Shown: positions 11,493 to 24,279, counted from the stretch's first letter. The stretch: 64,000 nt of DNA from Octopus vulgaris (GCA_951406725.2 OX597823.1:47740001-47804000), one strand, 5' to 3'. Numbers and translations are program-made. Notes: a model not told the origin generated them from the sequence alone.

Positions 11493-12343
11493 GATGATAC
11501 AAAAGTTTCACAGGCAATACAGAACCCTGAAGACACTAAGCACCTGCAATGTGAGCTGGACAAAATATACAAGTGGGCTGAAAAGAATAGCATGCAGTTC
11601 AATGCTGAAAAGTTTCAAGCTTTATGCTATCAGCATGCAAAACTGAATGCAATACCCAATGAATACACTGGACCCGGAGGGATTGCAATCCCAGAGGTAC
11701 AATCAGTGCGTGACCTGGGTATTCACATGAGTGATGACGTGACCTTTCATGTACATGTTGCTAAACTGGCAATGAAATGTAGACGGCTGGCCGGATGGAT
11801 TCTTAGAACCTTTAGAACAAGAGAACAAGAAACCATGATGGTCCTCTGGAAGACACTTGTCCTAAGCCACTTTGACTATTGCTCTCAGCTATGGTCACCA
11901 TCCAGTGTCAAGTTGATCACAGAACTTGAGGCGATCCAACGAAGCTACACAAAGAAGATAGCCTCTGTGCAGCATATAAGCTACTGGGAAAGACTCAAGA
12001 GATTAAAGCTCTATTCCCTGGAGCGTAGGCGAGAAAGATATGCCATAATATATATCTGGAAGATCCTGGAAGGACTTGTCCCAAACTTTGGCATCGAGAG
12101 TCACACAAATGCCAGAACCGGGCGCCACTGCGTAGTACCAAGGACTCCAAATTTGCCATCAAGATGTAGGACAAGATACGATAGGAGGTGCAGATGAGGG
12201 CAGCTGCATCAAACTCTCTCATGCACCAAATGGCAGTTGCTAAAAAGCATTCGTGAGGTAAAATCATGTAGCAAACCAAATGGCGGTGCCCCAGCATGGC
12301 CACAGCTCATTAGCTGAAACTGGAAAAATCAAAAATCAAAATC

Positions 12344-12377
<34 letters not shown>

Positions 12378-12386
12378 ATATATATG

Positions 12387-12445
<59 letters not shown>

Positions 12446-12446
12446 G

Positions 12447-12489
<43 letters not shown>

Positions 12490-12620
12490 CAGGCTTCTTT
12501 CAGTTTCCATCTACTAAATCCACTCACAAGGCTTTGATTGGCCTGAGGCAACAATAGAAGACACTTGCCAAATGTGCTATGCAGTGGGACTGAACCTGGA
12601 ACCATGTGGTTGAGAAGTAT
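11215..12620 (-). mobile_element. SINE family B split by a CR1-group LINE insertion
   Basis: 3' half at ~11215-11450 and 5' half at ~12485-12620, with (TA)n on both sides of the LINE. Confidence 0.85.
11487..12342 (+). mobile_element. 5'-truncated CR1-group LINE (RT C-terminal half plus 3' UTR)
   Basis: YADDTK...KWAEKNSMQFNAEK...RDLGI...DYCSQLWSP...SYWERLKRLKLYSLERRRER, open to 12197. Ends in (aaaatc)n. The ORF N-terminus in the track is microsatellite. Confidence 0.92.
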
Positions 12621-12657
12621 ATTTTGCTTTTATGTCAGGATCAGTATCCTATAAGTA

Positions 12658-12882
12658 CAGTAATCCCTGCCCATATTGTGGTTTACCTGTCGCAGTTTAT
12701 TATTTAAGCTTATGTTGATTCCTCCACGGTGTTGCTTTGTATTTATAATAAAATTAAATATATACAAATTACAAAAATATTTTTAAGAAAATATACAGTA
12801 CAGTACTGTTTCTACTTAGCAAATTTTCACATAATGTGGGGGGTTTTGGAATGTAACACCCATGGTAGTTGAGGGATTATTG
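12658..12882. mobile_element. Tigger/pogo-type MITE
   Basis: ta-cagtaatccct...agggattattg-ta: inverted ends with TA flanks. Confidence 0.7.
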
Positions 12883-12954
12883 TACCTTTAAAACACAAAT
12901 AAACTGATATTTATATTAACACACATATATATGTACGCATACACACATAGATAT

Positions 12955-13470
12955 ATATTTCCTTACTACCCACAAGAGGCTAAACATAGAGGGGACAAAC
13001 AAGGACAGACAAAGAGATTAAGTCGATTACATCGACCCCAGTGTGTAACTGGTACCTAATTTATCCACCCCGAAAGGATGAAAGGCAAAGTCGACCTCAG
13101 CGGAATTTGAACTTGGAACGTACATACAGACGAAATACAGCTACGTATTTCGCCCAGCGTGCTAACGATTCTGCCAGCTCGCCAAAATACACACATAGAT
13201 ATAGACACACTGATGCACACATACATGCATAATATATATATGTGGGTATAAGGTGATGAGCTGGCTGCATTGTCAGCATGCCGGGCAAAAAGGTTAGTAG
13301 AATTTCATTCATGTTTATGTTCTGAGGTCAAATTCTGCTGAGGTTGATTTTGCTTTCCATCCTTATAGGGGTCAATAAAAATGAGAACCTATTGAGCACT
13401 GGGTGGTTAATGAAATTGACTTAGTACCTCCCCCGAAGTCGGTGGGCTTGTGACAAAATTTGAAACCAAT
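12955..13470. mobile_element. Two divergent SINE A copies (12955-13185 minus, 13250-13470 plus)
   Basis: Both have the A head and core; their 3' tails differ. Confidence 0.8.
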
Positions 13471-13649
13471 ACATTTGAGTGCTGCAAAAGAGACCGATAG
13501 AATAAGTACTAGGCTAACAAAGAATAAGTCCTGGAATCAATTTGTTCCACTAAAGGTGGTGCTCGAGCATGGCCACAGTCAAATGACTGAAACAAGATAA
13601 GAATAAAAGAAAAAGAAAAAAGAATGTATGCATACATATATATATGTTT

Positions 13650-13976
13650 ATAGTCTATACCAAGTTCTACAGTCTACTTTAACATGATTTTCATGGCTGG
13701 TTGCCTTTCTTAACACCAACCACTTTACAGGGTGCGCTGGGTGCTTTTTATGTAGCATAAATACCAGCGAGGTCACCAAGTGAGTTGCAAGACAAAGCCT
13801 CTCAACTGAATGGGGTTGGAGATAGTGTTGTAATGGGTGACTTTGTGTCAGGTAATGAGACATTAAAGTATGATGGAGGGACAGATATGGGTATCTCACA
13901 CTAGAAGAGATATGCCAGTTGAAAAGAGAGCAAATGACAGAGAAAGGAGAGAAAAGATAAAGAGAAAGAGTGAGAA

Positions 13977-14022
<46 letters not shown>

Positions 14023-15460
14023 GATGGTGATGAAGATGTGTCAGGGCATGCCCTTAAGTAATGGAGAAGTGAATATAAAGGAAGTGCTACACAGATTTGG
14101 AGAAGGTTAGTGAGAAGGTAAGTTTAGAGATATGTGAAAGAAGAGTGTGAGACAGAGGAGAGGAGAATAAAATGGATGGTAAATATGAATGGAGGGAGAG
14201 GTGTTAAGAAAGATGAGTTGTGGCGAGGTGGCAGGGTTTCATCAAGACAGAGTGTGCGCAGGGGCATAGACATAAATGACATCCCTTTAGGGCCTCATCT
14301 TTACTTCGATGGATGGGTCTTCTCAAGCACAGCAAATCACCATCAGTTTTGTCCTTTGTCATCTCTATGGAGCTCAACATCTGGAGGTCATTTTTATTAC
14401 TTTGTCCCATGTCTTATGGGTTTCCTTCTTCCACTAGTTCCATCCATATTTAGCAATTAGCACTTCTTTATGCAGCTATCTTCATTCATATGCATCATAT
14501 GACCATACAAGCAATGACTTCTCTCTTGCACTCTACAACTGATCCCTGTTATGCCCAATTTTTCTTGTACACTGATGCTGCACATCTGGTGGGGCAAACA
14601 AGCTTTGTTTCTTCCAGCCCTTCACATTTCTTCTTCATTTACAGCCCATGTTTCATTCACTAATAAGTTGTATACACAAGCATCATGCAATCTTACCCAC
14701 AGAAATAGAAGCTGTCTATCCAATTCTTATTCTGGCAACTATGCTTTCAGAACATCCTTTTCTACTGCTAATTAGATGACCTTAGTAACACAAAACTACT
14801 ACCACTAAGGATCCTCTAGGGGTATTCAAGGAAATCTATTTCTTGCATGCTTTTAGTGTTCATTGTTCCTGTGCATCTGCAACACAGTCAATTTTTTACT
14901 GTTTCCTTACTGCAACTGTGACACATCCACAGTTTACGGTGGGTCCACTATATGGAAATTCTACCAACTCCGTTTCTACATATCAAGCAGAGCTATTTTT
15001 CTGAAAGGGATTTGTGGTTTGACTGTTTTCTTGCTCACCATAACTTTGGTCTTTGCTAAGTTATCTCTTTAAGGTCCTTTGATTTCAAGTTTTGTTTCCA
15101 TCCCAGGAATTTCTTCACTAATTCCTACGATGGCTTAAGCTATAACAACACAGTCATAAGCATAGAGAAGCTTCCATGGGCAATTAATCTTAAATTCTGT
15201 TTTAGCCTAGGGTACTAAGACAAATAAGAACCGAACTCTGGTGAACTCCTGCCTGCACACTCCTTTCGTTACTATATTTATTACTAACTCCCACTTTACT
15301 GGCAGCCCCTCTCTCCATGGCTTGGATGGCTCTCATCAGCCATTCCTCTATCCTTAGCTTCAGCAATGATCACCAGATGAATGAGTGTGGAACCCTGTCA
15401 AAGACTTTCTCCATGCTAACAAATGCCAAGTACAGTGGTTTACATTTGACTCTCAATTTT
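13650..15460 (-). mobile_element. Degraded RTE-clade LINE (RT plus probable 3' region)
   Basis: Minus-strand translation KPLYLAFVSMEKVFDRVPHSFIWWSLLKLRIEEWLMRAIQAM (~15315-15445), CPWKLLYAYD (~15155-15185), LVWSYDA/YGHMM-like C-terminal motif (~14490-14520). Confidence 0.75.
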
Positions 15461-15540
15461 GCTCAACTTGCACCGCAGGGTCTCGGAGGAGATAGTGTTA
15501 GTTGAAGGCTACCAAACCTGCCACACACAGAGAACTTCAC

Positions 15541-15575
<35 letters not shown>

Positions 15576-15996
15576 CATACAAACAAACAAACATACATAC
15601 ATACATACATACATACATACATACATACATACATACACATATATATGTGCATGTGTGTGTATGCATTTATGTATGTATGTATATATGTATGTATGTATGT
15701 ACGTATATACATGTGTATCTATGATGTGAACTATTTTTCAGTATATGCAACATTGTTCACAGATATGCATTTAATATGAATTTTCAGAGTTTAATGCAAT
15801 GTAATATATTGAGTTCTAATATTTCTAGTTATTTGTCATGCTTAAGTACCATATCATAAACTTCTACACGCATACACACACACACACACACTTAGGCATT
15901 GCTATACTAATAATGAGTTGGCAGAATTCAATATACTTATGATTCTGAGTGAAACATCAGGTGAGAAGCAAGTGTAATACCAATTATACATGCATA

Positions 15997-15999
<3 letters not shown>

Positions 16000-16064
<65 letters not shown>

Positions 16065-16065
16065 G

Positions 16066-16132
<67 letters not shown>

Positions 16133-16165
16133 GTCTGTCTGTCTATCTTTCTCTCTCTCTCTCTA
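16000..16165. repeat. (TATC)n compound microsatellite
   Basis: Direct inspection. Confidence 0.95.
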
Positions 16166-16804
16166 TATATATATATACACACACACATATATATATACAT
16201 GTGTGTATGTGTATACTTACATATGTATGTATGTATGTATTCAAAATGAAATACAATCCGTTTTTATTAATCATCAAATATTTTTTTTCACTAAAGAAAA
16301 TAATAAAGGTAACTGGAAAAATCTTTTGCTTTAACTACTGATGCAAATATTTAGTCAAAGTAAAAACGATATCTGATAAATCAGTCTTTAATTAATTTAA
16401 ATTTCATTATATAAGTATATTTTAATTGTTAGTTTCTTCATTTCTTATATGTAGGAGAAAAGCATATGAAAATTATTTTCTTTATTTTTCCTTTCTGCTT
16501 CCTCTCAAAAATATCATTTATAAGAATATGCCTCAAGATGTGATATTGTTTATGTACTTGATATAAACATGTCTAATGATGGAATTTTTCTGTGATACTC
16601 TCTAATTCAAATTTGAACCCTGTTGTTTGAAAGAGAATCTTTTCTGTCATTTTATTTTACTTGTTTCAAGCATAGGACTATGGCTATATTGGCTGCAATC
16701 TTGTGTCTTGAAGGATTTAGTTCAGGACTTCTTAACCATTTTTTTAATCTATGGACCCCTTTGATTACTATTTTATTCTGGTGGACCCTGTAACCATTTG
16801 ATTA

Positions 16805-17048
16805 TCATCATCATCATCATCATCGTTTAACGTCCGTTTTCCGCGCTAGCACGGGTTGGACGGTTTCGACCGGGGTCTGGGGAGCTTGGGACTGCCCCAG
16901 GCTCCAGTCTAGTCTGGCAGTGTTTCTACAGCTGGATGCCCTTCCTAACGCCAACCACTCCGCGAGTGTAGTGGGTGTTTTTTTACGTGCCACCTGCACA
17001 GGTGCCAGAGGGGTCTGGCATCGGCCACGTTCGGATGGTGCTTTTTAT
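16805..17048 (-). mobile_element. Family C retroposon
   Basis: (CAT)n gtttaacgtccgttttcc...ggatgcccttcctaacgccaaccactcc. Confidence 0.9.
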
Positions 17049-17049
17049 G

Positions 17050-17592
17050 GGGGAGTGCAGAAATATAGGGGAGCACCAGTGGGAGGGGTGGTTCAGAGGA
17101 CAGGTACTAGGCAAGTAGAACGTAGGATATCGAGAGAGGGGTAATGCATGGTGAAATAGCGTATTGAAGATGGGGGTTCAAAGAGTAGACACCTATAATG
17201 GTGGTGGGGGGTGCAGAAATATAGGGGAGCACCAGTGGGAGGGGTGGTTCAGAGGACAGGTTCTAGGCAAGTAGAACGTAGGATATCGAGAGAGGGGTAA
17301 TGCATGGTGAAATAGCGTATTGAAGAGGGGGTTCAAAGAGTAGACACCTATAATGGTGGTGGGGGTGTGCAGAAATATAGGGGAGCACCAGTGGGAGGGG
17401 TGGTTCAGAGGACAGGTTCTAGGCAAGTAGAACGTAGGATATCGAGAGAGGGGTAATGCATGGTGAAATAGCATATTGAAGAGGGGGGTTCAAAGAGTAG
17501 ACACCTATAATGGTGGTGGGGGGTGCAGAAATATAGGGGAGCACCAGTGGGAGGGGTGGTTCAGAGGACAGGTTCTAGGCAAGTAGAACGTA
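17050..17592. repeat. 156-bp tandem repeat, about 3.4 copies
   Basis: gtgcagaaat recurs at 17055, 17211, 17367 and 17523. Units are nearly identical and G-rich on plus. Confidence 0.97.
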
Positions 17593-17602
17593 ATAATATA
17601 TA

Positions 17603-17692
<90 letters not shown>

Positions 17693-17694
17693 CA

Positions 17695-18034
17695 TGGTAC
17701 TCCATTGGTTACAATGATGAGGATTCCAGTTGATTCAATCATGAAATTAATGTGCAAGTGGATGAGGACTCCTTAGACATGTGTCCTCTTGACGTTGTTC
17801 TCAGGGAGATTCAGCGTGACACAGTGTGTGCAAAGGCTGGCCCTTTGAAATAGATGTACAACAGAAACAGGAAGAAAGCATGAGAAAAAGTTGTGGTGAA
17901 AGAGTACAGCAGGGTTTGCCACCACCCTTGTTGGAGCCTCATGGAGCTTTAGGTGTTTTCACTTAATAAACACTCACAATGGCTGGTCTGGGAATTGAAA
18001 CTGCAATCCTACAACCATAAGTCCACTGCCCTAA

Positions 18035-18037
<3 letters not shown>
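17695..18037 (-). mobile_element. SINE family D, tail type 2
   Basis: Reverse-complement homologue of 47508-47882. Confidence 0.85.
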
Positions 18038-18083
<46 letters not shown>

Positions 18084-18086
<3 letters not shown>

Positions 18087-18212
18087 AGGTGTCATGGCCA
18101 AGTGGTTAGGGCAGTGGACTTATGGTTGTAGGATTGCAGTTTCAATTCCCAGACCAGCCATTGTGAATGTTTATTAAGTGAAAACACCTAAAGCTCCATG
18201 AGGCTCCAACAA
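18084..18212 (+). mobile_element. SINE D head, inverted copy of the adjacent element
   Basis: Near-perfect reverse complement of 17926-18037. Confidence 0.85.
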
Positions 18213-18216
18213 GAAG

Positions 18217-18564
18217 GTCCTTTTTAAACAAGGACAACGTTTCACAGTAAAACACAACTTCACATGCGCATCAGAAAACCTAGTATATGTCTTAACTTGC
18301 TCGGGCTGTAATGAACACTACATAGGCCAAACTAAAAATAGCCTCCGCCAACGCATGACTGTCCACAGATCCCAAATAAAAATACAGGAATACAGAAAAA
18401 TAGCACTTAGTGCACATATTGATACCTGTGCCGCACAACTTCATCCCAATTTTAGAATCTTTCCCCGCTACAAATTTAAAGACAATGCCACTCATACCCA
18501 GCGAATAACCATGGAATCCCACCTTATTAATAAATACAGACCTCTTCTAAACACATCCCCCTAA
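18217..18564 (+). mobile_element. GIY-YIG endonuclease domain of a 5'-truncated Penelope-like element
   Basis: Open frame VLFKQGQRFTVKHNFTCASENLVYVLTCSGCNEHYIGQTKNSLRQRMTVHRSQI...ALSAHIDTC...RITMESHLINKYRPLLN*, extending ORF 18355-18564 upstream. Confidence 0.92.
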
Positions 18565-19427
18565 CACGAACCCACAACAAACACACTTACACCTGCACAC
18601 ACCCTAAACACACTTTTACCCAGATATTAACACCATGACACACGCAAATATATGGTTCCACACATACACATAATTTGATACGGGTGCAAAACATCCAACA
18701 CTATTTTTTGGAAATGACTGTAAATATTGACTTCACACAAACACGTTGCTTCCCGATACAGGCACAAGGCCAGCAGAACTATAAATATTGAAAATTGTAT
18801 CCACACACGCACACATATATACACGTGCGCGCGCCCCAACATACATATAAACACACACACACACACACACGCGCGAGCGCACACATACATACATATAGCT
18901 CTTCCTGTCCTAAACGAACTTACTTATCCAACTCAAATTCAGTCAAGCGGAAAATACACTCCTTAACTACGCTCTAAAAAGCTATTTAAAATATCCACAT
19001 GACGTCTACTGACCAGCCTGAACAATAAGAATTTTCAACAACGCTATTTTCGAAAACTCCATACACCACCCCACCAACATTCATTCTAAACATTCACGTG
19101 ACCTCTCTATTATGACCACATCCACGTGACCTCTTTATTATGACCAATAAGAAATTTTAGGCACAACACTAGCCAAATTTTAACATCTCTGGAGCCTATT
19201 TTCTTACCCCAACACCAACTTCCATTCAAACATTCACGTGACCCCTTTATAATGACCAATCAAAATTGTATTGACCATTGTCCACAAGAAATTTTAGGCG
19301 CGAAACCAAGCAAATCTTAAACAACTCTGGAGCCTCTTTTTTCACATATAAGAGACAACAAACCCAACATAAAGTCAGATAAGAGAAAAAATCTATCAGA
19401 AAGGTCTCTATCTCTCTTAAAAATATA

Positions 19428-19465
19428 TCTTTTGATAAGCATAACAAATGCGCAACCGGTAAAGA
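19428..19465 (+). ncRNA. Minimal type I hammerhead ribozyme-like fold, U3-A8 core, A13C lesion
   Basis: tctt|TTGATAA|gcat-aacaa-atgc|GCAA|ccgg|TA|aaga. Stem I tctt/aaga, stem II gcat/atgc, palindromic stem III accggt. Lies downstream of the GIY-YIG ORF on the same strand. Confidence 0.7.
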
Positions 19466-20687
19466 ACTTTCACCTAATTAAATACACTCTCCCTTACTTA
19501 AATTATTTTGTCAGCATTTTCTTCATTTCCTTTTTTTATATATCACAACTCGTGTTCCACATCACTTTTTTAAATATATATATATTTATATGAGACAGGG
19601 TATCACACTGTTTCCATTCTCCAAATTCACTTGCAAGGCATTAATTGGCCAGGAGCTATAGTTGCAGACACTTGCCTAAGGTGACATGTTTTGCTGCTTG
19701 TTTATCATGCAGTAGGCATCCTCAGGTATCTCAATCCAGTTTTTCTTTTAAGGTTTCTTCCAATTTATTATGTATTTACTGATATTTTATATATCTTTCT
19801 AAGTTGTCTTAAGACTGAACCCTCTCCTTATCATTTTCCTCCGTCCCCTCCGTCCCCTCCGTCCCCTCTATATCACTTTTTCTTTTTGCTTTGCATGAAG
19901 CTTTGGCACTTGCTACCCTCTCTCTCTTCCCTACCTGTCTTTATCTAAGTCATTCTCCACATCTTAGATCTCTGATGCTCTCATATCACTTCTCTCTTTT
20001 GGTTCCCCTTCTCTCTCTCCCCCCTCTCTCTCTCTCTCTCTGCAGCACTCTTTTACTGCAATTCCTTCGCCATTTACTTCCTACAACATAACTTCCTCAT
20101 GCTCTAACAAAGGACAGATGTCCAGAACGTCAGATTCCTGACTGAACTTGCCTGTCAAACTCTTCTATAGACTAAGTGTTGCTGCCAAAGACTCATTGCT
20201 TTGTTTCCTGGATTTTATTCGCCAAAGGACAGAGTCATGTATACCATGCTCTTAACATGCAACTAAAAATGTCAGTTTTACTCTTGTCATCCTCTAAATA
20301 CTTTTACCTATTCATGTCTAGAACGCCACCTATCTGAATTTCCTTTTCCAGCTATGTTTTTCTCACAGGCATTAACATGAAGATGGTCAAAACAAACCAT
20401 AGGAACCTCAATGTTACAAGTCTTCTCTCTGCAATAACTTTCAAAAAGAGAGTCTCTAAAGGAACCTTTGTTTTATCACTTGGCCAACAACAAGTGGTAA
20501 TCAGATGTCTCTCATACTCCCCTACATTTTTTCCATGATTTTGTCAGATGAAAATGAGTGACACTCATGACCATATTTAGGGCCCTTAAGACTAGTGGGG
20601 TGGGGGAATTATTTTCACCTCAGACACCTGAAGCTGAGTGTACTCTGTTAAAAGGCAAATGGTGGCATTAAGCTTGATGACAAATTA

Positions 20688-20851
20688 TCATATTTTAACA
20701 TGTATAAGGAACCCATTTTTGTTACAAATTAGGTTTAAAGAATATGGGAGTTTCTTATACATGGATAGTTTTATAGATATTAATCAATTACTTAATTCCT
20801 TGAACCTCAAATCTCCAAATTAGGTGGTTCCTTATACACATTAAAATACAG
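20688..20851. mobile_element. Tc1/pogo-type MITE
   Basis: TIRs tcatattttaacatgtataaggaacc / ggttccttatacacattaaaatacag with TA flanks. Confidence 0.75.
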
Positions 20852-22049
20852 TAACTCTAAAACAAAAAGAAAGGCAACCAAAGGCCAGGTGGTGGCATTA
20901 AACTGGATGACAAATTAGCTCTAAAACAAAAGCTGAGGAAATGGGTAATGTAAATGTAGAAGTTCGTAAAAAAAAATAATAATTTACCAAAAGCAATCCC
21001 TAAAGTCATTTTTACCTTGTTTTAGCTGTCTTTCATATCAATCGTGGTTACCATGGTGAATTGAAATTACTTTTCGTCCAGTCCTTGACTTCATGCTGCA
21101 ATAAGTTTGATGGTAGTTTATTGCCTCAGTGAAGAGGTCAGAAATCATCTTGAGTGGATGGATAACAGAGATATATTGAAGGTTTTTCTAAGAAGCCTAT
21201 GATTTACATTTTGTTTCAAGAACATTAAATCATTGTTTAGATAACAGGTGCATTAAGTGGTGTTTTATGATTCTGCTATATCTGTGTAGTTTGCAATGAC
21301 TGCTGCTACTGCTGCTGTTGCTGTTGCAGCTGATTATGATGATGAGGATGATGATGATGACGATGGTATTGCAGAAATGTACGATGAAAATGCTTATTGT
21401 TAATATACGTGGGAAATGTTATTTGATGTTTGTAAATCAGTGTGTATGATATATAAGCGATACAGTAAGGTCACTATTGCAGTTATTGATGCTGCTAATT
21501 GTTTTCTATAATACTTACAATAGTTTTCAATTGGATTTTTGAGGTCTAAGGTGGTTATAAAAGGATTGCTGGTTCTCTCTGTTTCACTGCTATTGTTATT
21601 ATAACTGTAGTTAGTGTCGGTGGTAAGCAGTGATTCATATTGAGAGATACTTGCCATTTAAAAAAAGAAAAAAAATCTTTATTTTGTTTATTAATTAAGA
21701 TCTCCAACAGAACATATATGAAATAGATTCATGCTATACTATTATTCTATTGTTCTAGAAAAGTCTTGTCTTCACTGATTTTTCTCTAGCTATATAACAC
21801 TTGAGATTTATTATTTGATATATTTGATTTTCACTGCTTTGTTCTTCTGCTCCATTTCTCTGTGCTTGTCACAAAAATTCATGATTGTTTTCAAGTGCAC
21901 TCAAACTATCTGAGAAGCATCACAAGTTTTCGTCTAATTAAAATAAGTTACTCATTGATTTTTACAAAAATTCTTCCTAATTATTGATATTGCTTTATTC
22001 CTTTTGCTTAACTTTAAACTGTTGTTGCTGCTACTGTTATATCAGCAGT

Positions 22050-22277
<228 letters not shown>

Positions 22278-22565
22278 TGCTGCTTTATTTATTATTTTTT
22301 TTACCATGGTTGTAATGGCAGATCTTGCTGCTGCAGCTACGGTCGTTATCCCTAATGCTATTTTTTTTGTGTGTGTGTGTTTTGTTGTCAGTCTTTTTTT
22401 TTTGATTTTTATATGTATATGTGTGTGAAATATTAGTTATAGTTGTTGTTATTGTTAATGATGATGACGTTGATGATGGTAGAAAGTAGCCAGTCAGACC
22501 ACAGTAACCTTTCTTGTAAAATAACTAAACACTCACACACATATATATATGTATATATATGTATA

Positions 22566-22659
<94 letters not shown>

Positions 22660-22765
22660 TATATATATATAGACACACACATAGATACATATACATATAT
22701 GTATGTATGTATATATATGTGTGTGTGTGCATGTGTGTGTATGCATGCATGTATATATGTGTGTA

Positions 22766-22826
<61 letters not shown>

Positions 22827-23291
22827 ACCACAAAAGCTTATGAATAAAAAGAAAGCATACTTGAAGAAAGAAAGAGCTAATAAAGAACTGCAACAACAAC
22901 TAAATATGTTACTGCTACTGTTGGTAATACTTCTACTGTTACTACTATTGCTGCTGCTATTACTTCTACTTTACTTCCATCCCCACCATTTGCAAAGTTA
23001 ATCCAAGATTTGAAGCAAAACTTTGACTACCACTTCACAAAGTCATTATTTATTTTTGCTTGTGTTTTCATATTGTTATTTTCTTGTTTATTTTCCTCCC
23101 CTCTCCTTGATAATTGCCAAGTGGAGAATGCAAACTTGCTGAGCAGTTCTAACAATACTCTTCTAGCCAAGATTACTGGAAAAGAGAAAAGAAAAAAAAA
23201 AGAAAAAGAAGGAACTTGATAAAAAAAAAAAGGAATAAAGTTGAAAAATATAAAAAAATATGTTCAAAAGAATAGAAACAACTAGCTAGGA

Positions 23292-23349
<58 letters not shown>

Positions 23350-24279
23350 TTCTTATTAGTCACAAGGGCTTCAAGAAATATAAAAAATTATGAAACTTTC
23401 ACTAAGGGTTACAAAGAAAGGAAAAATGAACTGAAAATCAAGTTCACAAATACAAAACTGAGGAGTAGAGATGTTATACAATGTATGGATGAATGTACTG
23501 AGATTTAAAAATCACATAACTTTGCACAGAAATAAGCAAAATTTGGGTAAAAGATAAAATTACAAGGAAGTAATACATGGAATATTACTGGTTGGGTTGG
23601 ATTATAGAACTCCATGATCCTTCATGATTCACTAGCCCTTTCTCAAATAGGGCACAAGTGCAACCAAATGCACCAGTAAGCATTTTTTGAGATATTTGGT
23701 ATGGAAAAATTCTGTTCTTTTCAGAGTATGTTCTTTGAAGTTAATTGTAATGTCTTAGTTTTATTTTTATTTATCTATCTTTTGCATGTTGTTTATATTC
23801 TGAAACTAACTTTTTCTTCTCATTCTAACTTCTTTGGAAAGTTTGTGGCATCACAGATGTGTAAGTTGTTTCTGTTAATTGTCTGCCTAATTTTTGAAGA
23901 GCAGTAAATCTTAGTTCATGTTCAACCTCTTCATTTTCCTTGTTATTTTTCTGTGGAGTGGCATCATTGTTGCTTTGAAGACATTGTTTCTTTTCATTCA
24001 TTTAACTTGTTTTATCTCAAACCTTCATTATTTCAGACTTATATTTTTTCCTTCCATGATTTTACTGAAAATTTGTACATTTTCATTTGCAGCTATCATT
24101 CCTTCTCAATGACACGATGATGGTGTGGTATTACTAGTAAGTACTGTAAGGGCACAAGATTTTGTCTGGGCATAAAGCAATTTATCTTGTCATCTCCAAG
24201 GGTTTGGTCATTGGGGTCTGATACTTAAGGTCTGTTGTCTTTTTGCTATTACACTTGATGATCATTTTTACCTATTCTT

